Source: Eledone cirrhosa
Taxonomy: Eukaryota
Length of the DNA: 64,000 bases
Reading direction: 5' to 3'
NCBI GenBank assembly: GCA_964016885.1
Contig: OZ024745.1
Span: forward strand, 65,534,001 to 65,598,000
Translations under genes and position numbers: made by a program
Part shown: positions 27,181 through 43,179 of the stretch, piece by piece
How the letters are laid out: every line of letters starts with the position of its first letter
How positions within the stretch are numbered: position 1 is the first letter of the stretch
Notes under the pieces: model-generated
Told to the model about the DNA's origin: nothing
What the model saw: only the letters and a program-made list of their open reading frames with translations
The model's database searches: none

Positions 27181-30100
27181 GTGATCCATTTTTTATTTGG
27201 GTGATCCATTTTTTATTTGAGGGATCCATTTTATATTTGGGTGATCCATTTTTTATTTGGGTGATCCATTTTTTATTTGGGTGATCCATTTTTTATTTGG
27301 AGGATCCATTTTTTATTTGGGGGATCCATTTTTTATTTGGGGGATCCATTTTTTATTTGGGGGATCCATTTTTTATTTGGGTGATCCATATTTTATTTGG
27401 GTGATCCATTTTTTATTTGGGGGATCCATTTTTTATTTGGGTGATCCATTTTTTATTTGGGGGATCCATTTTTTATTTGGGTGATCCATTTTTTATTTGG
27501 GGGATCCATTTTTTATTTGGGTGATCCATTTTTTATTTGGGGGATCCATTTTTTATTTGGGTGATCCATTTTTTATTTGGGGGATCCATTTTTATTTGGG
27601 TGATCCATTTTTTATTTGGGTGATCCATTTTTTAATTGGGTGATCCATTTTTTATTTGGGGGATCCATTTTTTATTTGGGTGATCCATTTTTTATTTGGG
27701 TGGTCCATTTTTTATTTGGGTGATCCATTTTTTATTTGGGGGATACATTTTTTATTTGGGTGATCCATTTTTTATTTGAGGATCCATTTTTTATTTGGGT
27801 GATCCATTTTTTATTAGGGTGATCCATTTTTTATTTGGGGGATCCATTTTTTATTTGGGTGATCCATTTTTTATTTGGGGGGTCCATTTTTTATTTGGGG
27901 GATCCATTTTTATTTGGGTGATCCATTTTTTATTTGGGGGATCCATTTTTTATTTGGGGATCCATTTTTTATTTGGGTTGATCCCTTTTTTATTTGGGGG
28001 ATCTATTTTTTATTTGGGTGATCCATTTTTTATTTGGGGGATCCATTTTTTATTTGGGTGATCCATTTTTTATTAGGGGGATCCATTTTTTATTTGGGTG
28101 ATCCATTTTTATTTGGAGATCCATTTTTTATTTAGGTGATCCATTTTATAATTGGGTGATCCATTTTTTATTTGGGGGATCCATTTTTTATTTGGGGGAT
28201 CCATTATTTATTTGGGTGATCCATTTTATATTTGGGTGATCCATTTTTTATTTGGGTGATCCATTTTTTATTTGGGTGATCCATTTTTTATTTGGGTGAT
28301 CCATTTTTTATATGGGGGATCCATTTTTTATTTGGGTGATCCATTTTTTATTTGGGTGATCCATTTTTTATTTGAGGGATCCATTTTATATTTGGGTGAT
28401 CCATTTTTTATTTGGGTGATCCATTTTTTATTTGGGTGATCCATTTTTTATTTGGAGGATCCATTTTTTATTTGGGGGATCCATTTTTTATTTGGGGGAT
28501 CCATTTTTTATTTGGGTGATCCATTTTTTATTTGGGGGATCCATTTTTTATTTGGGTGATCCATTTTTTATTTGGGGGATCCATTTTTTATTTGGGGGAT
28601 CCATTTTTTATTTGGGTGATTCATTTTTTATTTGGGGGATCCATTTTTTATTTGGGTGATCCATTTTTTTATTTGGGGGTCCATTTTTCATTTGGGTGAT
28701 CCATTTTTTATTTGGGTGAACCATTTTTTATTTGGGGGATCCATTTTTTATTTGGGTGATCCATTTTTTATTTGGGGGATCCATTTTTTATTTGGGGGAT
28801 CCATTTTTTATTTTGGGTGATCCATTTTTTATTAGGGGGATTCATTTTTTATTTAGGTGATCCATTTTTATTTGTAGATCCATTTTTTATTTGGGTGATC
28901 CATTTTTTAATTGGATGATCCAATTTTTATTTGGGGGATCCATTTTTTATTTGGGGGATCCATTATTTATTTGGGTGATCCATTTTTTATTTGGGGGATC
29001 CATTATTTATTTGGGTGATCCATTTTATATTTGGGTGATCCATTTTTTATTTGGGTGATCCATTTTTTATTTGGGTGATCCATTTTTTATTTGGGTGATC
29101 CATTTTTTATTTGGGGGATCCATTTTTGATTTGGGTGATCCATTTTTTATTTGGGGGATCCATTTTTTATTTGAGGGATCCATTTTATATTTGGGTGATC
29201 CATTTTTTATTTGGGTGATCCATTTTTTATTTGGGGGATCCATTTTTTATTTGGGTGATCCATTTTTTATTTGGGTGATCCATTTTTTATTTGGGTGATC
29301 CATTTTTTATTTGTGGGATCCATTTTTTATTTGGGGGATCCATTTTTTATTTGGGTGATCCATTTTTTATTTGGGGGATCCATTTTTTATTTGGGTGATC
29401 CATTTTTTATTTGGGGGATTCATTTTTTATTTGGGGGATCCATTTTTTATTTGGGTGATCCATTTTTTATTTGGGGGTCCATTTTTTATTTGGGTGATCC
29501 ATTTTTTATTTGGGTGATTCATTTTTTATTTGGGGGATCCATTTTTTATTTGGATCATCCATTTTTTATTTGGGGGATCCATTTTTTATTTGGGAGATCC
29601 ATTTTTTATTTTGGGTGATCCATTTTTTATTAGGGGGATCCATTTTTTATTTGGGTTATCCATTTTTATTTGTAGATCCATTTTTTATTTGGGTGATCCA
29701 TTTTTTAATTGGGTGATCCATTTTTTATTTGGGGGATCCATTTTTTATTTGAGGGATCCATTATTTATTTGGGTGATCCATTTTTTATTTGGGTGATCCA
29801 TTTTTTATTTGGGTGATCCATTTTTTATTTGGGTGATCCATTTTTTATTTGAGGCATCCATTTTATAATTGGGTGATCCATTTTTTATTTGGGTGATCCA
29901 TTTTTTATTTGGGTGATCCTTTTTTTATTTGGGGGATCCATTTTTTATTTGGGGGAACCATTTTTTATTTGGGGGATCCATTTTTTATTTGGGTGATCCA
30001 TTTTTTATTTGGGTGATCCATTTTTTATTTGGGGGATCCATTTTTTATTTGGGGGATCCATTTTTTATTTGGGGGATCCATTTTTTATTTGGGGTATCCA

Positions 30101-30419
30101 TTTTTTATTTGGGTGATCCATTTTTTATTTGGGGGATCCATTTTTTATTTGGGGGATCCATTTTTTATTTGGGTGATCCATTTTCTATTTGGGTGATCCA
30201 TTTTTTATTTGGAGGATCCATTTTTTATTTGGGTGATCCATTATTTATTAGGGGGATCCATTTTTTATTTGGGGGATCCATTTTTTATTTGGGTGATTCA
30301 TTTTTTATTTGCGGGATCCATTCTTTATTTGGGTGATCCATTTTTTATTTGTGGGATCCATTTTTTATTTGGGGGATCCATTTTTTATTTGAGGGATTCA
30401 TTATTTATTTGGGTGATCC

Positions 30420-33400
30420 ATTATTTATTTGGGTGATCCATTTTATATTTGGGTGATCCATTTTTTATTTGGGTGATCCATTTTTTATTTGGGTGATCCA
30501 TTTTTTATTTGGGTGATCCATTTTTTATATGGGGGATCCATTTTTTATTTGGGTGATCCATTTTTTATTTGGGTGATCCATTTTTTATTTGAGGGATCCA
30601 TTTTATATTTGGGTGATCCATTTTTTATTTGGGTGATCCATTTTTTATTTGGGTGATCCATTTTTTATTTGGAGGATCCATTTTTTATTTGGGGGATCCA
30701 TTTTTTATTTGGGGGATCCATTTTTTATTTGGGTGATCCATTTTTTATTTGGGGGATCCATTTTTTATTTGGGTGATCCATTTTTTATTTGGGGGATCCA
30801 TTTTTTATTTGGGGGATCCATTTTTTATTTGGGTGATTCATTTTTTATTTGGGGGATCCATTTTTTATTTGGGTGATCCATTTTTTTATTTGGGGGTCCA
30901 TTTTTCATTTGGGTGATCCATTTTTTATTTGGGTGAACCATTTTTTATTTGGGGGATCCATTTTTTATTTGGGTGATCCATTTTTTATTTGGGGGATCCA
31001 TTTTTTATTTGGGGGATCCATTTTTTATTTTGGGTGATCCATTTTTTATTAGGGGGATCCATTTTTTATTTAGGTGATCCATTTTTATTTGTAGATCCAT
31101 TTTTTATTTGGGTGATCCATTTTTTAATTGGATGATCCAATTTTTATTTGGGGGATCCATTTTTTATTTGGGGGATCCATTATTTATTTGGGTGATCCAT
31201 TTTTTATTTGGGGGATCCATTATTTATTTGGGTGATCCATTTTATATTTGGGTGATCCATTTTTTATTTGGGTGATCCATTTTTTATTTGGGTGATCCAT
31301 TTTTTATTTGGGTGATCCATTTTTTATTTGGGGGATCCATTTTTTATTTGGGTGATCCATTTTTTATTTGGGGGATCCATTTTTTATTTGAGGGATCCAT
31401 TTTATATTTGGGTGATCCATTTTTTATTTGGGTGATCCATTTTTTATTTGTGGGATCCATTTTTTATTTGGGGGATCCATTTTTTATTTGGGTGATCCAT
31501 TTTTTATTTGGGGGATCCATTTTTTATTTGGGTGATCCATTTTTTATTTGGGGGATTCATTTTTTATTTGGGGGATCCATTTTTTATTTGGGGGTCCATT
31601 TTTTATTTGGGTGATCCATTTTTTATTTGGGTGATTCATTTTTTATTTGGGGGATCCATTTTTTATTTGGATCATCCATTTTTTATTTGGGGGATCCATT
31701 TTTTATTTGGGGGATCCATTTTTTATTTTGGGTGATCCATTTTTTATTAGGGGGATCCATTTTTTATTTGGGTTATCCATTTTTATTTGTAGATCCATTT
31801 TTTATTTGGGTGATCCATTTTTTAATTGGGTGATCCATTTTTTATTTGGGGGATCCATTTTTTATTTGAGGGATCCATTATTTATTTGGGTGATCCATTT
31901 TTTATTTGGGTGATCCATTTTTTATTTGGGTGATCCATTTTTTATTTGGGTGATCCATTTTTTATTTGGGTGATCCATTTTTTATTTGAGGCATCCATTT
32001 TATAATTGGGTGATCCATTTTTTATTTGGGTGATCCATTTTTTATTTGGGTGATCCTTTTTTTATTTGGGGGATCCATTTTTTATTTGGGGGAACCATTT
32101 TTTATTTGGGGGATCCATTTTTTATTTGGGTGATCCATTTTTTATTTGGGTGATCCATTTTTTATTTGGGGGATCCATTTTTTATTTGGGGGATCCATTT
32201 TTTATTTGGGGGATCCATTTTTTATTTGGGGTATCCATTTTTTATTTGGGTGATCCATTTTTTATTTGGGGGATCCATTTTTTATTTGGGGGATCCATTT
32301 TTTATTTGGGTGATCCATTTTCTATTTGGGTGATCCATTTTTTATTTGGAGGATCCATTTTTTATTTGGGTGATCCATTATTTATTAGGGGGATCCATTT
32401 TTTATTTGGGGGATCCATTTTTTATTTGGGTGATTCATTTTTTATTTGCGGGATCCATTCTTTATTTGGGTGATCCATTTTTTATTTGTGGGATCCATTT
32501 TTTATTTGGGGGATCCATTTTTTATTTGAGGGATCCATTATTTATTTGGGTGATCCATTTTTTATTTGGGTGATCCATTTTTTATTTGGGTGATCCATTT
32601 TTTATTTGGGTGATCCATTTTTTATTTGGGTGATCCATTTTTTATTTGAGGCATCCATTTTATAATTGGGTGATCCATTTTTTATTTGGGTGATCCATTT
32701 TTTATTTGGGTGATCCTTTTTTTATTTGGGGGATCCATTTTTTATTTGGGGGAACCATTTTTTATTTGGGGGATCCATTTTTTATTTGGGTGATCCATTT
32801 TTTATTTGGGTGATCCATTTTTTATTTGGGGGATCCATTTTTTATTTGGGGGATCCATTTTTTATTTGGGGGATCCATTTTTTATTTGGGGTATCCATTT
32901 TTTATTTGGGTGATCCATTTTTTATTTGGGGGATCCATTTTTTATTTAGGGGATCCATTTTTTATTTGGGTGATCCATTTTTTATTTGGGTGATCCATTT
33001 TTTATTTGGAGGATCCATTTTTTATTTGGGTGATCCATTATTTATTAGGGGGATCCATTTTTTATTTGGGGGATCCATTTTTTATTTGGGTGATTCATTT
33101 TTTATTTGGGTGATCCATTTTTTATTTGGGTGATCCATTTTTTATTTGAGGGATCCATTTTATATTTGGGTGATCCATTTTTTATTTGGGTGATCCATTT
33201 TTTATTTGGGTGATCCATTTTTTATTTGGAGGATCCATTTTTTATTTGGGGGATCCATTTTTTATTTGGGGGATCCATTTTTTATTTGGGTGATCCATTT
33301 TTTATTTGGGGGATCCATTTTTTATTTGGGTGATCCATTTTTTATTTGGGGGATCCATTTTTTATTTGGGGGATCCATTTTTTATTTGGGTGATTCATTT

Positions 33401-36400
33401 TTTATTTGGGGGATCCATTTTTTATTTGGAGGATCCATTTTTTATTTGGGGGATCCATTTTTTATTTGGGGGATCCATTTTTTATTTGGGTGATCCATTT
33501 TTTATTTGGGGGATCCATTTTTTATTTGGGTGATCCATTTTTTATTTGGGGGATCCATTTTTTATTTGGGGGATCCATTTTTTATTTGGGGGATCCATTT
33601 TTTATTTTGGGTGATCCATTTTTTATTAGGGGGATCCATTTTTTATTTAGGTGATCCATTTTTATTTGTAGATCCATTTTTTATTTGGGTGATCCATTTT
33701 TTAATTGGATGATCCAATTTTTATTTGGGGGATCCATTTTTTATTTGGGGGATCCATTATTTATTTGGGTGATCCATTTTTTATTTGGGGGATCCATTAT
33801 TTATTTGGGTGATCCATTTTATATTTGGGTGATCCATTTTTTATTTGGGTGATCCATTTTTTATTTGGGTGATCCATTTTTTATTTGGGTGATCCATTTT
33901 TTATTTGGGGGATCCATTTTTTATTTGGGTGATCCATTTTTTATTTGGGGGATCCATTTTTTATTTGAGGGATCCATTTTATATTTGGGTGATCCATTTT
34001 TTATTTGGGTGATCCATTTTTTATTTGGGGGATCCATTTTTTATTTGGGTGATCCATTTTTTATTTGGGTGATCCATTTTTTATTTGGGTGATCCATTTT
34101 TTATTTGTGGGATCCATTTTTTATTTGGGGGATCCATTTTTTATTTGGGTGATCCATTTTTTATTTGGGGGATCCATTTTTTATTTGGGTGATCCATTTT
34201 TTATTTGGGGGATTCATTTTTTATTTGGGGGATCCATTTTTTATTTGGGTGATCCATTTTTTATTTGGGGGTCCATTTTTTATTTGGGTGATCCATTTTT
34301 TATTTGGGTGATTCATTTTTTATTTGGGGGATCCATTTTTTATTTGGATCATCCATTTTTTATTTGGGGGATCCATTTTTTATTTGGGGGATCCATTTTT
34401 TATTTTGGGTGATCCATTTTTTATTAGGGGGATCCATTTTTTATTTGGGTTATCCATTTTTATTTGTAGATCCATTTTTTATTTGGGTGATCCATTTTTT
34501 AATTGGGTGATCCATTTTTTATTTGGGGGATCCATTTTTTATTTGAGGGATCCATTATTTATTTGGGTGATCCATTTTTTATTTGGGTGATCCATTTTTT
34601 ATTTGGGTGATCCATTTTTTATTTGGGTGATCCATTTTTTATTTGGGTGATCCATTTTTTATTTGAGGCATCCATTTTATAATTGGGTGATCCATTTTTT
34701 ATTTGGGTGATCCATTTTTTATTTGGGTGATCCTTTTTTTATTTGGGGGATCCATTTTTTATTTGGGGGAACCATTTTTTATTTGGGGGATCCATTTTTT
34801 ATTTGGGTGATCCATTTTTTATTTGGGTGATCCATTTTTTATTTGGGGGATCCATTTTTTATTTGGGGGATCCATTTTTTATTTGGGGGATCCATTTTTT
34901 ATTTGGGGTATCCATTTTTTATTTGGGTGATCCATTTTTTATTTGGGGGATCCATTTTTTATTTGGGGGATCCATTTTTTATTTGGGTGATCCATTTTTT
35001 ATTTGGGTGATCCATTTTTTATTTGGAGGATCCATTTTTTATTTGGGTGATCCATTATTTATTAGGGGGATCCATTTTTTATTTGGGGGATCCATTTTTT
35101 ATTTGGGTGATTCATTTTTTATTTGCGGGATCCATTCTTTATTTGGGTGATCCATTTTTTATTTGTGGGATCCATTTTTTATTTGGGGGATCCATTTTTT
35201 ATTTGAGGGATCCATTATTTATTTGGGTGATCCATTTTTTATTTGGGTGATCCATTTTTTATTTGGGTGATCCATTTTTTATTTGGGTGATCCATTTTTT
35301 ATTTGAGGCATCCATTTTATAATTGGGTGATCCATTTTTTATTTGGGTGATCCATTTTTTATTTGGGTGATCCTTTTTTTATTTGGGGGATCCATTTTTT
35401 ATTTGGGGGAACCATTTTTTATTTGGGGGATCCATTTTTTATTTGGGTGATCCATTTTTTATTTGGGTGATCCATTTTTTATTTGGGGGATCCATTTTTT
35501 ATTTGGGGGATCCATTTTTTATTTGGGGGATCCATTTTTTATTTGGGGTATCCATTTTTTATTTGGGTGATCCATTTTTTATTTGGGGGATCCATTTTTT
35601 ATTTGGGGGATCCATTTTTTATTTGGGTGATCCATTTTTTATTTGGGTGATCCATTTTTTATTTGGAGGATCCATTTTTTATTTGGGTGATCCATTATTT
35701 ATTAGGGGGATCCATTTTTTATTTGGGGGATCCATTTTTTATTTGGGTGATTCATTTTTTATTTGCGGGATCCATTCTTTATTTGGGTGATCCATTTTTT
35801 ATTTGTGGGATCCATTTTTTATTTGGGGGATCCATTTTTTATTGGGGGATCCATTTTTTATTTGGGTGATCCATTTTTTATTTGCGTGATCCATTTTTTA
35901 TTTGGGGGATCCATTTTTTATTTGGGTGATCCATTTTTTATTTGGGTGATCCATTTTTTATTGGGGGATCCATTTTTTATTTGGGGGATCCATTTTTTAT
36001 TTGGGTGATCCATTTTTTATTTGGGTGATCCATTTTTTAATTGGGGGATCCATTTTTTATTTGGGTGATCCATTTTTTATTTGGGTGATCCATTTTTTAT
36101 TTGGGGGATCCATTTTTTATTTGGGGGCAGAATTTTTATTTGGGTGATCCATTTTCTATTTGGGTGATCCATTTTTTATTTGGGGGATCCATTTTTTATT
36201 TGGGGGATCCATTTTTTATTTGGGTGATCCATTCTTTTATGGGGGATCCATTTTTTATTTGGGTAATCCATTTTTTATTTTTGGGATCCATTTTTTATTT
36301 GGGGGATCCATTTTTTATTTGGGGGATCCATTTTTTATTTGGGGGATCCATTTTTTATTTGGGGTATCCATTTTTTATTTGGGTGATCCATTTTTTATTT

Positions 36401-39400
36401 GGGGGATCCATTTTTTATTTGGGGGATCCATTTTTTATTTGGGTGATCCATTTTTTATTAGGGGGATCCATTTTTTATTTGGGTGATCCATTTTTATTTG
36501 GAGATCCATTTTTTATTTAGGTGATCCATTTTATAATTGGGTGATCCATTTTTTATTTGGGGGATCCATTTTTTATTTGGGGGATCCATTATTTATTTGG
36601 GTGATCCATTTTATATTTGGGTGATCCATTTTTTATTTGGGTGATCCATTTTTTATTTGGGTGATCCATTTTTTATTTGGGTGATCCATTTTTTATATGG
36701 GGGATCCATTTTTTATTTGGGTGATCCATTTTTTATTTGGGTGATCCATTTTTTATTTGAGGGATCCATTTTATATTTGGGTGATCCATTTTTTATTTGG
36801 GTGATCCATTTTTTATTTGGGTGATCCATTTTTTATTTGGAGGATCCATTTTTTATTTGGGGGATCCATTTTTTATTTGGGGGATCCATTTTTTATTTGG
36901 GTGATCCATTTTTTATTTGGGGGATCCATTTTTTATTTGGGTGATCCATTTTTTATTTGGGGGATCCATTTTTTATTTGGGGGATCCATTTTTTATTTGG
37001 GTGATTCATTTTTTATTTGGGGGATTCATTTTTTATTTGGGTGATCCATTTTTTTATTTGGGGGTCCATTTTTCATTTGGGTGATCCATTTTTTATTTGG
37101 GTGAACCATTTTTTATTTGGGGGATCCATTTTTTATTTGGGTGATCCATTTTTTATTTGGGGGATCCATTTTTTATTTGGGGGATCCATTTTTTATTTTG
37201 GGTGATCCATTTTTTATTAGGGGGATCCATTTTTTATTTAGGTGATCCATTTTTATTTGTAGATCCATTTTTTATTTGGGTGATCCATTTTTTAATTGGA
37301 TGATCCAATTTTTATTTGGGGGATCCATTTTTTATTTGGGGGATCCATTATTTATTTGGGTGATCCATTTTTTATTTGGGGGATCCATTATTTATTTGGG
37401 TGATCCATTTTATATTTGGGTGATCCATTTTTTATTTGGGTGATCCATTTTTTATTTGGGTGATCCATTTTTTATTTGGGTGATCCATTTTTTATTTGGG
37501 GGATCCATTTTTTATTTGGGTGATCCATTTTTTATTTGGGGGATCCATTTTTTATTTGAGGGATCCATTTTATATTTGGGTGATCCATTTTTTATTTGGG
37601 TGATCCATTTTTTATTTGGGGGATCCATTTTTTATTTGGGTGATCCATTTTTTATTTGGGTGATCCATTTTTTATTTGGGTGATCCATTTTTTATTTGTG
37701 GGATCCATTTTTTATTTGGGGGATCCATTTTTATTTGGGTGATCCATTTTTTATTTGGGGGATCCATTTTTTATTTGGGTGATCCATTTTTTATTTGGGG
37801 GATTCATTTTTTATTTGGGGGATCCATTTTTTATTTGGGTGATCCATTTTTTATTTGGGGGTCCATTTTTTATTTGGGTGATCCATTTTTTATTTGGGTG
37901 ATTCATTTTTTATTTGGGGGATCCATTTTTTATTTGGATCATCCATTTTTTATTTGGGGGATCCATTTTTTATTTGGGGGATCCATTTTTTATTTTGGGT
38001 GATCCATTTTTTATTAGGGGGATCCATTTTTTATTTGGGTTATCCATTTTTATTTGTAGATCCATTTTTTATTTGGGTGATCCATTTTTTAATTGGGTGA
38101 TCCATTTTTTATTTGGGGGATCCATTTTTTATTTGAGGGATCCATTATTTATTTGGGTGATCCATTTTTTATTTGGGTGATCCATTTTTTATTTGGGTGA
38201 TCCATTTTTTATTTGGGTGATCCATTTTTTATTTGGGTGATCCATTTTTTATTTGAGGCATCCATTTTATAATTGGGTGATCCATTTTTTATTTGGGTGA
38301 TCCATTTTTTATTTGGGTGATCCTTTTTTTATTTGGGGGATCCATTTTTTATTTGGGGGAACCATTTTTTATTTGGGGGATCCATTTTTTATTTGGGTGA
38401 TCCATTTTTTATTTGGGTGATCCATTTTTTATTTGGGGGATCCATTTTTTATTTGGGGGATCCATTTTTTATTTGGGGGATCCATTTTTTATTTGGGGTA
38501 TCCATTTTTTATTTGGGTGATCCATTTTTTATTTGGGGGATCCATTTTTTATTTGGGGGATCCATTTTTTATTTGGGTGATCCATTTTTTATTTGGGTGA
38601 TCCATTTTTTATTTGGAGGATCCATTTTTTATTTGGGTGATCCATTATTTATTAGGGGGATCCATTTTTTATTTGGGGGATCCATTTTTTATTTGGGTGA
38701 TTCATTTTTTATTTGCGGGATCCATTCTTTATTTGGGTGATCCATTTTTTATTTGTGGGATCCATTTTTTATTTGGGGGATCCATTTTTTATTTGAGGGA
38801 TCCATTATTTATTTGGGTGATCCATTTTTTATTTGGGTGATCCATTTTTTATTTGGGTGATCCATTTTTTATTTGGGTGATCCATTTTTTATTTGGGTGA
38901 TCCATTTTTTATTTGAGGCATCCATTTTATAATTGGGTGATCCATTTTTTATTTGGGTGATCCATTTTTTATTTGGGTGATCCTTTTTTTATTTGGGGGA
39001 TCCATTTTTTATTTGGGGGAACCATTTTTTATTTGGGGGATCCATTTTTTATTTGGGTGATCCATTTTTTATTTGGGTGATCCATTTTTTATTTGGGGGA
39101 TCCATTTTTTATTTGGGGGATCCATTTTTTATTTGGGGGATCCATTTTTTATTTGGGGTATCCATTTTTTATTTGGGTGATCCATTTTTTATTTGGGGGA
39201 TCCATTTTTTATTTGGGGGATCCATTTTTTATTTGGGTGATCCATTTTTTATTTGGGTGATCCATTTTTTATTTGGAGGATCCATTTTTTATTTGGGTGA
39301 TCCATTATTTATTAGGGGGATCCATTTTTTATTTGGGGGATCCATTTTTTATTTGGGTGATTCATTTTTTATTTGGGTGATCCATTTTTTATTTGGGTGA

Positions 39401-42200
39401 TCCATTTTTTATTTGAGGGATCCATTTTATATTTGGGTGATCCATTTTTTATTTGGGTGATCCATTTTTTATTTGGGTGATCCATTTTTTATTTGGAGGA
39501 TCCATTTTTTATTTGGGGGATCCATTTTTTATTTGGGGAATCCATTTTTTATTTGGGTGATCCATTTTTTATTTGGGGGATCCATTTTTTATTTGGGTGA
39601 TCCATTTTTTATTTGGGGGATCCATTTTTTATTTGGGGGATCCATTTTTTATTTGGGTGATTCATTTTTTATTTGGGGGATCCATTTTTTATTTGGGTGA
39701 TCCATTTTTTTATTTGGGGGTCCATTTTTCATTTGGGTGATCCATTTTTTATTTGGGTGATCCATTTTTTATTTGGGGGATCCATTTTTTATTTGGGGGA
39801 TCCATTTTTTATTTTGGGTGATCCATTTTTTATTAGGGGGATCCATTTTTTATTTAGGTGATCCATTTTTATTTGTAGATCCATTTTTTATTTGGGTGAT
39901 CCATTTTTTAATTGGATGATCCAATTTTTATTTGGGGGATCCATTTTTTATTTGGGGGATCCATTATTTATTTGGGTGATCCATTTTTTATTTGGGGGAT
40001 CCATTATTTATTTGGGTGATCCATTTTATATTTGGGTGATCCATTTTTTATTTGGGTGATCCATTTTTTATTTGGGTGATCCATTTTTTATTTGGGTGAT
40101 CCATTTTTTATTTGGGGGATCCATTTTTTATTTGGGTGATCCATTTTTTATTTGGGGGATCCATTTTTTATTTGAGGGATCCATTTTATATTTGGGTGAT
40201 CCATTTTTTATTTGGGTGATCCATTTTTTATTTGGGGGATCCATTTTTTATTTGGGTGATCCATTTTTTATTTGGGTGATCCATTTTTTATTTGGGTGAT
40301 CCATTTTTTATTTGTGGGATCCATTTTTTATTTGGGGGATCCATTTTTTATTTGGGTGATCCATTTTTTATTTGGGAGATCCATTTTTTATTTGGGTGAT
40401 CCATTTTTTATTTGGGGGATTCATTTTTTATTTGGGGGATCCATTTTTTATTTGGGTGATCCATTTTTTATTTGGGGGTCCATTTTTTATTTGGGTGATC
40501 CATTTTTTATTTGGGTGATTCATTTTTTATTTGGGGGATCCATTTTTTATTTGGATCATCCATTTTTTATTTGGGGGATCCATTTTTTATTTGGGGGATC
40601 CATTTTTTATTTTGGGTGATCCATTTTTTATTAGGGGGATCCATTTTTTATTTGGGTTATCCATTTTTATTTGTAGATCCATTTTTTATTTGGGTGATCC
40701 ATTTTTTAATTGGGTGATCCATTTTTTATTTGGGGGATCCATTTTTTATTTGAGGGATCCATTATTTATTTGGGTGATCCATTTTTTATTTGGGTGATCC
40801 ATTTTTTATTTGGGTGATCCATTTTTTATTTGGGTGATCCATTTTTTATTTGGGTGATCCATTTTTTATTTGAGGCATCCATTTTATAATTGGGTGATCC
40901 ATTTTTTATTTGGGTGATCCATTTTTTATTTGGGTGATCCTTTTTTTATTTGGGGGATCCATTTTTTATTTGGGGGAACCATTTTTTATTTGGGGGATCC
41001 ATTTTTTATTTGGGTGATCCATTTTTTATTTGGGTGATCCATTTTTTATTTGGGGGATCCATTTTTTATTTGGGGGATCCATTTTTTATTTGGGGGATCC
41101 ATTTTTTATTTGGGGTATCCATTTTTTATTTGGGTGATCCATTTTTTATTTGGGGGATCCATTTTTTATTTGGGGGATCCATTTTTTATTTGGGTGATCC
41201 ATTTTTTATTTGGGTGATCCATTTTTTATTTGGAGGATCCATTTTTTATTTGGGTGATCCATTATTTATTAGGGGGATCCATTTTTTATTTGGGGGATCC
41301 ATTTTTTATTTGGGTGATTCATTTTTTATTTGCGGGATCCATTCTTTATTTGGGTGATCCATTTTTTATTTGTGGGATCCATTTTTTATTTGGGGGATCC
41401 ATTTTTTATTTGAGGGATCCATTATTTATTTGGGTGATCCATTTTTTATTTGGGTGATCCATTTTTTATTTGGGTGATCCATTTTTTATTTGGGTGATCC
41501 ATTTTTTATTTGGGTGATCCATTTTTTATTTGAGGCATCCATTTTATAATTGGGTGATCCATTTTTTATTTGGGTGATCCATTTTTTATTTGGGTGATCC
41601 TTTTTTATTTGGGGGATCAATTTTTTATTTGGGGGAACCATTTTTTATTTGGGGGATCCATTTTTTATTTGGGTGATCCATTTTTTATTTGGGTGATCCA
41701 TTTTTTATTTGGGGGATCCATTTTTTATTTGGGGGATCCATTTTTTATTTGGGGGATCCATTTTTTATTTGGGTGATCCATTTTTTATTTGGGTGATCCA
41801 TTTTTTATTTGGAGGATCCATTTTTTATTTGGGTGATCCATTATTTATTAGGGGGATCCATTTTTTATTTGGGGGATCCATTTTTTATTTGGGTGATTCA
41901 TTTTTTATTTGCGGGATCCATTCTTTATTTGGGTGATCCATTTTTTATTTGTGGGATCCATTTTTTATTTGGGGGATCCATTTTTTATTGGGGGATCCAT
42001 TTTTTATTTGGGTGATCCATTTTTTATTTGCGTGATCCATTTTTTATTTGGGGGATCCATTTTTTATTTGGGTGATCCATTTTTTATTTGGGTGATCCAT
42101 TTTTTATTGGGGGATCCATTTTTTATTTGGGGGATCCATTTTTTATTTGGGTGATCCATTTTTTATTTGGGTGATCCATTTTTTAATTGGGGGATCCATT
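30420..42200 (+). repeat. Imperfect near-tandem duplication with ~6.2-kb period (about 30420-36060 versus 36590-42200)
   Basis: ORF-string offsets 30649/36817 (6168), 32066/38333 and 33206/39473 (6267), 33865/40072 and 34743/40950 (6207), 35663/41809 (6146). GCGTGATCC marker at 35884 and 42030. Confidence 0.8.
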
Positions 42201-43179
42201 TTTTATTTGGGTTATCCATTTTTATTTGTAGATCCATTTTTTATTTGGGTGATCCATTTTTTAATTGCATGATCCATTTTTTATTTGGGGGATCCATTTT
42301 TTATTTGAGGGATCCATTATTTATTTGGGTGATCCATTTTTTATTTGGGTGATCCATTTTTTATTTGGGTGATCCATTTTTTATTTGGGTGATCCATTTT
42401 TTATTTGGGTGATCCATTTTTTATTTGAGGCATCCATTTTATAATTGGGTGATCCATTTTTTATTTGGGTGATCCATTTTTTATTTGGGTGATCCTTTTT
42501 TTATTTGGGGGATCCATTTTTTATTTGGGGGAACCATTTTTTATTTGGGGGATCCATTTTTTATTTGGGTGATCCATTTTTTATTTGGGTGATCCATTTT
42601 TTATTTGGGGGATCCATTTTTTATTTGGGGGATCCATTTTTTATTTGGGGGATCCATTTTTTATTTGGGGTATCCATTTTTTATTTGGGTGATCCATTTT
42701 TTATTTGGGGGATCCATTTTTTATTTGGGGGATCCATTTTTTATTTGGGTGATCCATTTTTTATTTGGGTGATCCATTTTTTATTTGGAGGATCCATTTT
42801 TTATTTGGGTGATCCATTATTTATTAGGGGGATCCATTTTTTATTTGGGGGATCCATTTTTTATTTGGGTGATTCATTTTTTATTTGCGGGATCCATTCT
42901 TTATTTGGGTGATCCATTTTTCATTTGTGGGATCCATTTTTTATTTGGGGGATCCATTTTTTATTTGAGGGATCCATTATTTATTTGGGTGATCCATTTT
43001 TTATTTGGGTGATCCATTTTTTATTTGGGTGATCCATTTTTTATTTGGGTGATCCATTTTTTATTTGGGTGATCCATTTTTTATTTGAGGCATCCATTTT
43101 ATAATTGGGTGATCCATTTTTTATTTGGGTGATCCATTTTTTATTTGGGTGATCCATTTTTTATTTGGAGGATCCATTT

